From Propionibacteriaceae bacterium (lineage in GTDB: Bacteria; Actinomycetota; Actinomycetes; Propionibacteriales; Propionibacteriaceae): a stretch of DNA of 32,000 nucleotides. The stretch spans positions 120,001-152,000 of the forward strand of contig JAIRQE010000006.1 in NCBI GenBank assembly GCA_031256725.1, in the 5' to 3' direction. The translations under genes and the position numbers were made by a program. This document shows positions 7,794 through 16,968 of the stretch, piece after piece. The notes beneath the pieces were generated by a model. It had not been told where the DNA came from. It searched no databases and worked only from the letters and a program-made list of their open reading frames with translations. Every line of letters begins with the position of its first letter. The stretch's first letter is position 1.

Positions 7794-9986
7794 TCACAAC
7801 GACTCTCCTGATGTGTTCCCAAGCCCTTCAAATGTCACATCGTCGAGTTCGTGTGCAGACTCTGGGGCCACTTCATCGACCACTTCCGCATCGACCTCTC
7901 CCATGCTCTGAAGATATTCATTTCGTAGGTCGTATAGACGTTTTCCTGAACTTTGAATGATCCAGAACCACCAACCATTGACTGTGCGTCCCTTGATCGC
8001 TCTGCCTGCTCCTGATGGGGTCTCAAATACGTCAGAACCAATGTAGATGCGTCCGTCTCTTGATACAACAGCCAAGGTCTCAGATGCTTCCCGTCCTACA
8101 GGTTGTGAACTGGGTATGAGAACTGCTCCTGCTTCAAGCCATCCGTCTGATATCAACTGAGCCAAGTCTACGGAGACGGTACTCTGATCACTCCCGGCTG
8201 CCTCAAGTCCTACGTGGCCGACAGGAACAGGCCACACTTCCAGAATCTGCGAAATCAACAACGCCGTGCGGTCTGTAATGGTTTGTTCGTCCCATCCTTC
8301 TTCACCCATCACCATGGCTTCATTTGTTAGCAGTACGTCGCTGATTGACTTGAAATGATCTCGCTTAGTTTGCCATGTACCATTCGAGACTTTGCTGTTT
8401 AGGGCCTGCGTAACAAGTGTGAGGTTTCCAATCTCCTGAACAACACGATCTCGTCGAGCCTCTTCTTCGGGTGAAAGATCATCTTGCCAGTTTCTGCGCC
8501 ACTTCTGAGGCATCAAATGCTCCAGCGTTCCTTTGTTCCTGGTGATTGGACCCATTGCCAGACGGTGTCCTGTGGGGTAACCACGTTGTGCATCTTCAAG
8601 GGCTTCGAACACCATACGTAGTCTTGCCCTGACATATTTCCAGTACGCAGCTGTACCTGTGAGTGCGGTTCTAACTTCCGTGTCGCCTGGCCAGTAGCCA
8701 ACGGGAGTGTGATTGCTAGCTAGGAATGCTTCAACAGCGCCAGATAGATTCTCGAAGGAGTTGTCGCTCAAATGACGCAGAAGATCCATAATGAAACGGT
8801 TGGACCCTTGAGAAGAGGCTTTCACCAACGCTCGTCGAACAAACCAACTCTCCAAGATTCCAAGAACGCGCTCGCGTTCCTGTTCGGGTATTGACTCCTG
8901 TTCCGGTTCATCCAACCAGATCAGGAGTGGCCGAGCAATTTCGGAATTGAGTGTGCCGACGCGGTAACTGAAGAGTTCGATTCGTGACAGAACTCCATCA
9001 TCTCTGTTGGATGATTCGATGACTGAACGATATCTGTCTGCGGCGGTCCTGATATGAGGTAGCAGTGCTCCAATGTCTTTAGCCACAGTGTTCACATAAT
9101 GCTTGAACTGGGTAAACACTTCGCGTGTCGGGAACTCCTTCAACGTTCGGGCACTTAACCATTGCGAGAGAAAGAGAGAGGCTCGGGAATGCTTGATTCT
9201 GCCGGATGTTATCTCGACTTCCCACCAGGGAGTCTCGAATTGTGCCCAATACTTCAAGTATGCATTTTCGGCATCATGCTCATCGACTTGTTGGAAGACG
9301 AAGTTCTTAATCAGGTCAGCTGCCGACAAAGGCGTTCCTCGCGCATTAAGAGTCTCGAAGATGGCTTGCGCATCTTCTGTGGAATCCAGACCAATTGACA
9401 CGATTTCAATTCGATCACTAATGGCAGCAACTAGCACCTTTGCTCGCGTTTCGGTATCACCTTCGTCGAACCACGAACTGATGACGTTCCTGAAGAAGCG
9501 ATATGCGTCATTGAGACGACAGGGAAGTGGGTTGCCTGATGCAGACATAACCGAGACAAAACCTTCGCGATCCCGATTCGTAGGCCACAGTTTGAATCGA
9601 TCCTCTTCAGTTTCGCGGTTGTCCACCGGATTTTCAATCAGTGGACGAATGCGTCCAACGAGCCCAATCAAGTCTCTTCGTTCTAGCTCATCCTTAAGGG
9701 CAGCGAGCAACAGTTGAAGTGTCGTCAATCTCTGTTGCCCGTCAATGACATTCCAAGTAGGAAGGCTTCCTAATGCAATTTGTGTTTGCTGGATAACGAT
9801 TGCACCCAGGAAATGGGTAGCTGCACTGTTGTGTTCAGAGATGACTTCAATCAGGCGAACGATATCCTGCCACAAGGGTTCCCACTGAGCTTCTTTCGAC
9901 CACACATAGGGTCGTTGAAAGAGCGGTACCACTAGTTTTTTCGGATTGAAGAATATGTCTTGGGGTTTTATGACATCAGTCTTCAC
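7794..9986 (-). CDS. GmrSD-family DUF262 + DUF1524 (HNH-like) enzyme with a C-terminal RAMA-like domain; putative type IV (modification-dependent) restriction enzyme
   Basis: The DUF262 motifs are PLFQRPYVWSKEAQWEPLWQDI and DGQQRLTTL (about 9721-9749). The DUF1524 motifs are GTLEHLMPQKW (about 8509-8531) and GNLTLVTQALNSKVSNGTW. The C-terminal GRIYIGSDVFETPSGAGRAIKGRTVNGWWFWI...LYDLRNEY matches the RAMA/DUF4357 pattern. Confidence 0.9.
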   Translation of the reverse strand: MKTDVIKPQDIFFNPKKLVVPLFQRPYVWSKEAQWEPLWQDIVRLIEVISEHNSAATHFLGAIVIQQTQIALGSLPTWNVIDGQQRLTTLQLLLAALKDELERRDLIGLVGRIRPLIENPVDNRETEEDRFKLWPTNRDREGFVSVMSASGNPLPCRLNDAYRFFRNVISSWFDEGDTETRAKVLVAAISDRIEIVSIGLDSTEDAQAIFETLNARGTPLSAADLIKNFVFQQVDEHDAENAYLKYWAQFETPWWEVEITSGRIKHSRASLFLSQWLSARTLKEFPTREVFTQFKHYVNTVAKDIGALLPHIRTAADRYRSVIESSNRDDGVLSRIELFSYRVGTLNSEIARPLLIWLDEPEQESIPEQERERVLGILESWFVRRALVKASSQGSNRFIMDLLRHLSDNSFENLSGAVEAFLASNHTPVGYWPGDTEVRTALTGTAAYWKYVRARLRMVFEALEDAQRGYPTGHRLAMGPITRNKGTLEHLMPQKWRRNWQDDLSPEEEARRDRVVQEIGNLTLVTQALNSKVSNGTWQTKRDHFKSISDVLLTNEAMVMGEEGWDEQTITDRTALLISQILEVWPVPVGHVGLEAAGSDQSTVSVDLAQLISDGWLEAGAVLIPSSQPVGREASETLAVVSRDGRIYIGSDVFETPSGAGRAIKGRTVNGWWFWIIQSSGKRLYDLRNEYLQSMGEVDAEVVDEVAPESAHELDDVTFEGLGNTSGESL

Positions 9987-10105
9987 GAGTGATCCCCCTC
10001 CTTGGTGAGCTGCATCGGATTAATACTGCATCAGTCTATTGCATGGGAATTGTTGAGCTATATCGGCGCAAGTAATGCAGTCTCCCATCATGTCCTTAAA
10101 AATGG

Positions 10106-10190
10106 ACCACACTTCTTGCTGACGAGGTTTTAGGCCCTCTGCAACCCCTGCATGCTGGCTCTGTTTTCCTCGTCAGCCAGAAGTGTGGTC
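10106..10190. repeat. Long imperfect inverted repeat (23-bp arms, 22/23 complementary, 39-nt spacer)
   Basis: GACCACACTTCTTGCTGACGAGG (10106-10128) pairs with CCTCGTCAGCCAGAAGTGTGGTC (10168-10190). It lies in the intergenic region between the divergent GmrSD-like gene and the 10390 ORF. Confidence 0.7.
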
Positions 10191-10389
10191 GAGATTCCGT
10201 CGGTGATTTGGTGACCGATTGAAGAGAGGCGGGCACTGGAGTGAATGCAGTGCAGGGATGTGCAGCACTGAACAATTCTCTCCTTCAACCGACTACATAG
10301 TGAGGAAGTTTTTGCAGCGCTCAGTTGGGTTGCAGCCCTGCACGGGTGCTGCATGCCTCCTACACAGGTCATGCAAGGAAAGGACGATC

Positions 10390-11091
10390 ATGCCCGAATC
10401 AATCATCGTACTGACTCAACGATACCTACAACTGAAATCCATAATCGGCGATGAATACGCTAAGGAGCGCCCTGTCCCGATCCTGGGAAGAGGAAGAAAG
10501 CGGAGGGATGCCCGCAAGGATGCAGCCGAACGTCTTGGAGCCGGGGTATCGTACGCTACTTTTGAGAAGGTGGCCTGGCTGTTGGAAGTGTCGGGAAATA
10601 CGAAGCGACCCTTGGGGATGCAGGCAGCCTGGGACGCTCTGGCAGCCATCAGGCAAGGTGGCACCGTCGATTGGCCGTACAAGACTGCTGTGTCTGTGGC
10701 GCTGATCGAGGAACTGGATCACCTCTCGAAGAACAGCGATCCCGAGGTGAGGAGTATTGCTGAGCGTGAGTATCTTCGCGTGAGACGGTTTCAGAAAGAC
10801 TGGCGGACTGACAAACTGGAGTTCGAGGTCCGACAGGCAGTGCAGCGGGTGCAGACCTTCCGAAACATCCTTCACTATGACTACCGTGAGGACGAAGTAA
10901 CCCATTACTTCCTTTTCCAAAGCCATATCGCTGACGTAAACCCAAAACCCCTTGTCGTACGGTGGAGCACAATTTGCACCACCGTACGACAAGGAATAAC
11001 TCTCTTGCGCCATGGTCATAAGGTTGGGCGGAAAGTACGTTCCAGAATGTCGGCGGTGGCTGGGTTCACCATTTCGCTTCGGCGGATGTAA
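10390..11091 (+). CDS. Hypothetical island protein (possible HTH/ParB-like DNA-binding region)
   Basis: The ATG at 10390 follows AAGGAAAGGA. The protein is charged and helical, with GVSYATFEKVAWLLE resembling an HTH. The track start at 10219 adds an implausible Cys-rich extension. The 3' end overlaps the integrase 3' end by 76 nt (convergent), so the true end or the reality of the gene is uncertain. Confidence 0.4.
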   Translation: MPESIIVLTQRYLQLKSIIGDEYAKERPVPILGRGRKRRDARKDAAERLGAGVSYATFEKVAWLLEVSGNTKRPLGMQAAWDALAAIRQGGTVDWPYKTAVSVALIEELDHLSKNSDPEVRSIAEREYLRVRRFQKDWRTDKLEFEVRQAVQRVQTFRNILHYDYREDEVTHYFLFQSHIADVNPKPLVVRWSTICTTVRQGITLLRHGHKVGRKVRSRMSAVAGFTISLRRM

Positions 11092-12197
11092 TGCTGGACT
11101 GTGATCTTAGGATCAGTGTGACCAAGAAGTTCAGCAGCGAGATCAATAGAGGCGGTTTCACTGATCGCGGTGGCCACGGTTCGACGGAACATGTGTGGGG
11201 TGACACCTTCGATCCCTGCCAGGTTGAGCACATGCCTGAGTTGTCGGCGTACGTTATTGGTTGTCAAGGGCGTACCATTTCGCGAACAGAAAACCAACGC
11301 ATCTGGGGAGATGTCAGTCATGGCCTCTAGGCGCGCCCTAATAGCTTGGGCCGTGAAACTTGGGATCGCGATAACTCGCCGTGACTTGGCTGTCTTCGGA
11401 TGGTCCTGGCGATATGGGGCGAGCCCTCTCGGGGTGACGATGGTGCCTCGAATGGCAATGGACGGTGTAGGACTTTCAACATCCACGTCTCGCCTTCGGA
11501 TAGCCAAGGCCTCGCCAATACGAGCCGAGGTACCCAGCATGACCTCGATGATGGCTGAGAGTTGGCCGTCTGGTCGTGGACCGCTGGGGACGATCCCGGT
11601 TTCCCAGAATCGTACAGCGATCCTGACTGAGTTCACTTCTTCAGGGGTCATGGCATCCGGTGTGTGCGCCGGTTTGTGGAGTCGGGCGATCCCATCCATG
11701 GGGTTTCTGGGAATGATTTCGTGGCGCACGGCCAACCCAAACGCCAACCGAAGAACGACCTTAGCTTGTCGAGCCTTGTTGTAGGAGACCTTCAGCAGGT
11801 TCTTGATGAGCATGTCGCATCGTGCGACACCAATCTCTCTTAAGGTCAGGTTCTCGAAGGCTGGCAGTACAAGTTGCCGCATGTGATACCGGTAGCGATC
11901 TCGGGTCTGTTGGGCAAGGCGATTCTCTAACTCGATGTCCTCCAACCAATACTCAACCAAATCACCAAAGGATGAATCCGGGGTGAGACCTGAAACAGGT
12001 GGTTGGAACAGGGTTCGCTGGGCAAGCTTGACTTTGAGGTTCTGCTCCGCTTGGCGTTTGCTCGTACCAACAGCTTGAACAAGACGACTCTTGCCATCCC
12101 AGTCGCGATACCTGGTGCGGGCTTCGACCCTGCCTTGAGTGGTGCGAAGGAAGGTGACCTCACCGAAGGTTCCAATGGGGATTCTAGGTCTGGTCAT
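11016..12197 (-). CDS. int: Tyrosine recombinase / phage-type integrase
   Basis: The C-terminal catalytic region is HMFRRTVATAI...LGHTDPKITVQHYIRR. The N-terminal arm-binding-like domain is IPIGTFGEVTF...RTRYRDWDGKSR. It lies next to a tRNA 3' end. Confidence 0.95.
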   Translation of the reverse strand: MTRPRIPIGTFGEVTFLRTTQGRVEARTRYRDWDGKSRLVQAVGTSKRQAEQNLKVKLAQRTLFQPPVSGLTPDSSFGDLVEYWLEDIELENRLAQQTRDRYRYHMRQLVLPAFENLTLREIGVARCDMLIKNLLKVSYNKARQAKVVLRLAFGLAVRHEIIPRNPMDGIARLHKPAHTPDAMTPEEVNSVRIAVRFWETGIVPSGPRPDGQLSAIIEVMLGTSARIGEALAIRRRDVDVESPTPSIAIRGTIVTPRGLAPYRQDHPKTAKSRRVIAIPSFTAQAIRARLEAMTDISPDALVFCSRNGTPLTTNNVRRQLRHVLNLAGIEGVTPHMFRRTVATAISETASIDLAAELLGHTDPKITVQHYIRRSEMVNPATADILERTFRPTL

Positions 12198-12418
12198 TGT
12201 GACTCACCCCGGTTCCTGGCATCGTCTCGGTGGAGAGCCATCCATGCCTTCACATCCGAGCTCATGAACTTCAGATGCTTGCCTAGGCGGTAGGCCATGG
12301 GGCCTTTGCCATGGGTACGCCAGTCGTAGATGGTGGATACAGGGATGCCGAGAAACTCGGAGAGTTCCGTTACGGACAATAGACGTTGCGGTGTCTGATT
12401 CTGGTTAGTGTCGGTCAT
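12194..12418 (-). CDS. xis: Excisionase / AlpA-type helix-turn-helix DNA-binding protein (74 aa)
   Basis: LLSVTELSEFLGIPVSTIYDWRTHGKGPMAYRLGKHLKFMSSDVKAW is a typical MerR-superfamily excisionase HTH. The ATGA stop/start overlaps int. I used the internal ATG at 12418 (MTDTNQ...) rather than the track start at 12622, which runs to within about 47 nt of the tRNA through att-flanking sequence. Confidence 0.8.
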   Translation of the reverse strand: MTDTNQNQTPQRLLSVTELSEFLGIPVSTIYDWRTHGKGPMAYRLGKHLKFMSSDVKAWMALHRDDARNRGESQ

Positions 12419-12668
12419 GTACGACAGGTGCGACAGCATTCCCTGGACCAATACAGATCGCTGCCACTGACATGGACCATTCCTGGATGCTGCGACTTCG
12501 CGCAGCATGACACAGGGCTCTTCAAACACCAAAACAGGCTTCCAAAAGCGATTCAGACAAGGTGAAACGAACTCAAAATGATGAGTTTTTGATGGGTAGA
12601 TCAAATCGGAGACTCCTCTCAATGAAGAGGAAACTGGCCCTGACTAGCCAAAACAGTCCGACATTTTG

Positions 12669-12742
<74 letters not shown>

Positions 12743-12961
12743 TACTGGCTCCTACACTTCACATATCCGAAGCATGAAGCCTGAGAGAGTCTACTATAAA
12801 ACTTACATATCTGTCGTGGAATGCTCCCCAACCACCACCATGCAGGGCACTGCAAACTGACGCGCACATGAAGTAGAATCACAATGTGACAGAGACTCAG
12901 CATCCCGAACCCACTATGGCGACTGTGAAACAACTCATGCGACTGCTCTGCGGACATGCTA

Positions 12962-12997
12962 TTCCTGTGCCCTGAACCCGAACACTGTCAACACGAC
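12962..12997 (+). repeat. 36-bp direct repeat, copy 1 (pairs with 13241-13276; 30/36 identical)
   Basis: Copy 1 reads TTCCTGTGCCCTGAACCCGAACACTGTCAACACGAC. Copy 2 reads TTCCTATGTCCTGAACCAAGACACTGTCAACCCGAC. Confidence 0.7.
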
Positions 12998-13240
12998 TAT
13001 CATGCTATCTCTATAGTGGAGATGGTTGACAACGGGAAGCCCGCCACCTATCCGACTTATTAGCTATACTAATTCCATGACCGTAGCTGCCGCTGTTGCG
13101 GCGGCACTGGCTTTATCAGATGCTGATCGTGAGGCTATCATACTACTCGACACAAACCCGCTCTGTATCGGGCCATTGATGATTAGTTTCGCGATAGACA
13201 TTCATCCATCGTCGCGTTTCCTATGTCCCGAGACAGGGGT

Positions 13241-13337
13241 TTCCTATGTCCTGAACCAAGACACTGTCAACCCGACAGTTGTGTCAACCCGACACCGTCA
13301 ACCCGACAGTGTCAACCTGGCAGTGTCAACCTGGCAG
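13241..13337 (+). repeat. Direct-repeat copy 2, running into five tandem iterons of GTCAACC(CGACA/TGGCA)
   Basis: GTCAACC occurs at 13266, 13283, 13297, 13311 and 13325, with spacings of 17, 14, 14 and 14 nt. CTGTCAACCCGACA (13264-13277) is an exact inverted copy of the tRNA-Pro 3' end plus 2 flanking nt (12667-12680). Confidence 0.8.
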
Positions 13338-13618
13338 ATTGGTGAGTATATGGCCTAGTCAAGCTGGGTTTATCCATGAGCGAAAGGTTCATGGAAGTGA
13401 ACAGGTCATACTTTAATCATATTAAACTCTTTTTGCGAGTGTAAGCTGTTGAAAGGATGCTGGATTGGTTGGGGTTATCTGGGAGTACTGTCGCACCTGG
13501 TAAGTGTGAATAAAGAATCAACTTTATGGGATTTGGAACCGCTGATGAGTATTTCCGAATTGGCCCGATACCTGGGGATTCAGTAGATGGCGCAGCGCGA
13601 TGAGGTAGGCTGGGCATC

Positions 13619-16600
13619 GTGGCTTCCTCATCCTCGATCTCCTCGTTGGTTGCTGCGGCCATACATCTGTTCTCCGGTAACTCTGGCGGTGTAACAACAT
13701 CACTCATCAACGCGGGATGGCCGACAATGCAGGAGGCATTCAGGCCAACGCTCGAAGCGAAGCGTTTGAGGCAAGACGTCAGAAAAGCCATCCACGAGTG
13801 GGCCGAAGGCGACAATGTCGCGAATGCTGATATTGATACGGGCCTAGAGATCGCTAAGGCTTCTATCGAGCAGTTTGGGTTTTCCAAGAAAGAACTGGAA
13901 GAGTGTGGCTTGAATGCGGAGAACGCCGCCAGCCGAGTGATCCTAGCCGCCTCAAGTCGAGAGCCTTCCTGGTCTCTGCAAAGGGCTGAGTTCAACGTTG
14001 CTGAACACGCCATTCGCGCAACATATGCAGCACTAATCAGAGCCTGCCTTTCAGAGCCCGGCTATCTCGAGGCGAGATTTCGTGAAATCGAGTCCGAGCT
14101 TGCGCTTCTTCGGGTGGCCTTCGCGCGTTTGTCGAGAATCCCAGCGCAGGTTAACCCGAACAATTCCGATATCATGCGAGCGATACGGATCTATCTCAAT
14201 GCCCGCATCATCGACTGGAATGCCCTCCCAGACTGGCTTGGTGGTCGTTCCCTCTCGTCATTGGCGCGACCATTGGTACTACGGAGCCCATTCGAACCCG
14301 GATCGCCTGACAAGAATGAGATTGATGCGCTTGAGGGTGCCCAGATGATGGTTGTGGTGGGCGAACCGGGATCGGGAAAGACCTGGCTCTCCAAGAGGTA
14401 TGCGCTCGTGGCGGCCAGGAAAGCAATAGCTGCTCTTGATGAGGGCAAACCACTCAGCGAGGTGGAGATCCCGATCTGGACCACATGGGCAGCCTGGAAA
14501 GACACTCCGGGGCCAACCCGCGAGAGTCTCGTACGAGCGTCATTCGATCGAGTCATGGCAGTGGGTAGCCTGACGGATGAAGACCAGGGTTTCGACAACC
14601 TGATTCAGCGCGTACTCAGTCAAGCAGGCAAAGCCCTGGTGTTGGTGGACTCCCTTGACGAAGGGCCCATCGGGAATGACCGTGACGCCCTTGCCACGTC
14701 GCTTACGACGCTGCCTGGACAGAAGTGGCGTGTAGTGATCACGAGCAGGCCTGGAGCATGGAGCGCGACAAACCTCAACAGATCTGACCGCGCAGCGCCG
14801 ATCCGCATGACCGAAATCCAACCACTCGCATGGCCAGATGATGTCGAGGTCTTCGTAGGTGATTGGTTCGGCCGAGATCGTGACAACGCGACAAAACTTT
14901 TGCATCAAATACGCGCTCGCGATGATCTACAACGGGTCTCTGTCAGCCCAATGCTGCTTACTTTCCTCTGCTTGCTCGGCCCAACATCCGCCGCGTTTCC
15001 GCCAAAGCGGTTCGACCTGTTTGAAGAAGTAGCCAGGCGCATTCTGAGCGCGCCGTGGCGACGAGTCGAGACTTCCACCGACGTACAATCATGTTTGGCG
15101 CAACTCACACAATGGGCATGGAGCATCGCTGCTTCGGCTCAACCGACTGCCACCACTAACTGCCACCACTATCGGACTACGTACATGGAAAGATAGATTT
15201 GCATGTGACGATGATCCGCCTAGTGGGCTTCGTGCTGTCGACAATATTGCGCCTCTTCTATCTGATGGATTTGGGCGACCAAGAGAACGCCAATTCATTC
15301 ACCGGCTGGTCCTTGAACACTTCATTGCTCGTTATCTTACCGGACTCCCGGTCAACGACGTCTACAGGTATCTTCTTCCCCATTTGTGGTTCGATGAGGA
15401 TTGGGAGTACCTCATTTCTACGGTCATTGTGTCCCATCGTGATAATGATGCACTTCTCTCTCGCCTACTAGACAAGGCACGGTCGTCTTGCCATGACAGA
15501 GCCCATATGGAGGCTGGGTCACAGATCGAAGATATGCTCATCGGACTAGCGGACCAGTCGCAACCGACCGACTGGTCTGCGCCAAACTGTGAGCGAATCA
15601 GGCGAGCGCTACTGGGGCCAGCGACCGGGAGTTGGCGCGCAACTACTGCCAGCGCAAGAATCTGGATCTCGCAGACTTCCCAAGAAACAGCGGCAAATGG
15701 TATCACCCGAGAGCTTGAATCGGCAAATCCACGCCAGATTCCCGATCTCGTGGATCGGCTCCTCCGTCTGAATCCCAATTTTTCCCAGCGTGAACATGCT
15801 GTCAACATTGTTGAAAAGGGCTTGGTGTCTTCATCATCAGTGGAAGATACGTCGCGGATGCTGAGGCAACTCATCGCGTTAGGATCGACAGAAGCGGAAG
15901 TCCGCAAGGTCATTTTGAGCGCGTTTGCAGGAAATGTCGCGTGCAAGACTCCGGAGATCTTGACGACGGAGCTGCTGCGGCTCCGGCCAACCGTGCAAGA
16001 GCGTCAGCATTGCGCACAGAGCCTCACCAGACTGCTTCTTACGAGCCGTGATCCCTACACGCCGCTTAGTGCGGTGGATGGCTTGCTACGGCTGCCTGCC
16101 AACGATCGAGAGCGCCTTCTGGTAATCAACCAGGTACAGAGGTTCGTTGTGCAGAATGAACCACCTGAAGGATGGGACATGCTCTGTATTGTGCGCCCTC
16201 TGTTTCGCTTCGCCGACACCGATGCAAAGCGTTTGAAGGCTTTGGATGATATCGTTACCGGGCGTCAAAAGGCAGCATGGTGGCCATGCCCCGGCCTTTC
16301 GGAGGCGCTGGTGCGTCTGGCCGACACCGAGGAACGCCGCCGAATCGCGATTGGCGGGATTGTTTCGGCTCTCGGAGAGGATAGTAGAGGCGCTGAGTTG
16401 CGTCAGATGGATGCCTTGCTTGTCTTGGCTGACAGTCAGAAGTGGCGCGATTACGCGGTTGTTCTGATTGCTGAGTCAGCAGGTGGCGACCGTCCGAAGC
16501 TCGATCTAGCCAAGGCGATGCTGGCCCCTCTAGACACACGGGAGTGGCGAGATACTGTCCTTCGTGCATTGTCTGCGTACCATGTGCCGGTAAATGGGTT

Positions 16601-16859
16601 AATAGATACCTTGGTCAATAACTTCGACAGTAGCCAGTGGCGCCAGATGATCAGGGATTTGATTCTCCTGGTCCTGCCGACAACGGGAGAGAGACGCGAA
16701 TTGGTGGACAAGCTCCTTTCGCTGGACCCCAGCCCTGAGCACCTGCGCCGGGCGGTAGGCATCCTCACCAATCTGGCGAACTCACATGACATTGCCCCGA
16801 GCTTGCGTCGCATGATGACGACGCAAGAGTGGCTGGGCTGGATTACCAGCGCCGGGTGA
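13619..16859 (+). pseudogene. NACHT/STAND NTPase (bacterial NLR-like) with C-terminal helical repeats, split by a frameshift into ORFs 13619-15196 and about 15207-16859
   Basis: Walker A is VVVGEPGSGKTW (about 14351-14386) and Walker B is LVLVDSLDEG (about 14638-14667). The downstream frame is open from well upstream of the track start at 15384. It encodes ...RQFIHRLVLEHFIARYL, the conserved post-NACHT motif. Removing one copy of the 13-bp duplication at 15146-15171 fuses both parts in frame (about 1076 aa). Confidence 0.85.
15146..15171 (+). repeat. Perfect 13-bp tandem duplication (ACTGCCACCACTA x2) causing the NACHT frameshift
   Basis: Read directly: aaccg ACTGCCACCACTA ACTGCCACCACTA tcgg. 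Confidence 0.95.
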
Positions 16860-16968
16860 TTCCAAGGGCTTGAGTCGCTGAACTGATGAGTTCTTGGAAG
16901 ACATCTATACCCTGATCAACTTCAGAAAGATGATCCCCTAGCCACTATAAGTCTGATCGCGATGGTTT

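Larger units (their letters stand above)
1..12668. mobile_element. Integrative genomic island at tRNA-Pro (partial; the distal att end lies beyond the window start) carrying defence-type cargo
   Basis: A tyrosine integrase and an excisionase lie directly next to the 3' end of tRNA-Pro. The cargo is Fic TA, ATPase/RloB, AAA+ cassette, IS remnant and GmrSD-like enzyme. Spot G+C counts are lower than in the core genes: 27/60 at 1501-1560 versus 39/60 at 20281-20340. I found no second copy of the tRNA 3' end in direct orientation within 1-12600. Confidence 0.7.

Noticed and set aside
7441-7911. 156-aa + strand ORF
   Set aside because: It is antisense to both the ISL3 transposase fragment and the 3' end of the GmrSD-like gene. 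The sequence is low-complexity and Ser/Thr/Gly-rich.
10219-10389. N-terminal extension of the 10219-11091 ORF, and the other overlapping ORFs in 10130-11019
   Set aside because: The extension is Cys-rich and overlaps the intergenic inverted repeat region. The ATG at 10390 has a strong RBS. The overlapping ORFs on both strands are frame shadows.
12419-12622. Upstream 68 codons of the track ORF 12194-12622
   Set aside because: The excisionase HTH domain begins right after the internal ATG at 12418, and 74 aa is the typical Xis size. The extension covers the att-flanking region.
13026-13358. 110-aa + strand ORF
   Set aside because: It spans the direct repeats and iteron array, and its translation simply reflects the repeats (…VNPTVVSTRHRQPDSVNLAVSTW…). 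It has no RBS.
13417-14013. 198-aa minus-strand ORF
   Set aside because: It is antisense to the N-terminal part of the NACHT gene and is low-complexity and Ser/Ala-rich. The + strand frame is continuous with the NTPase domain.
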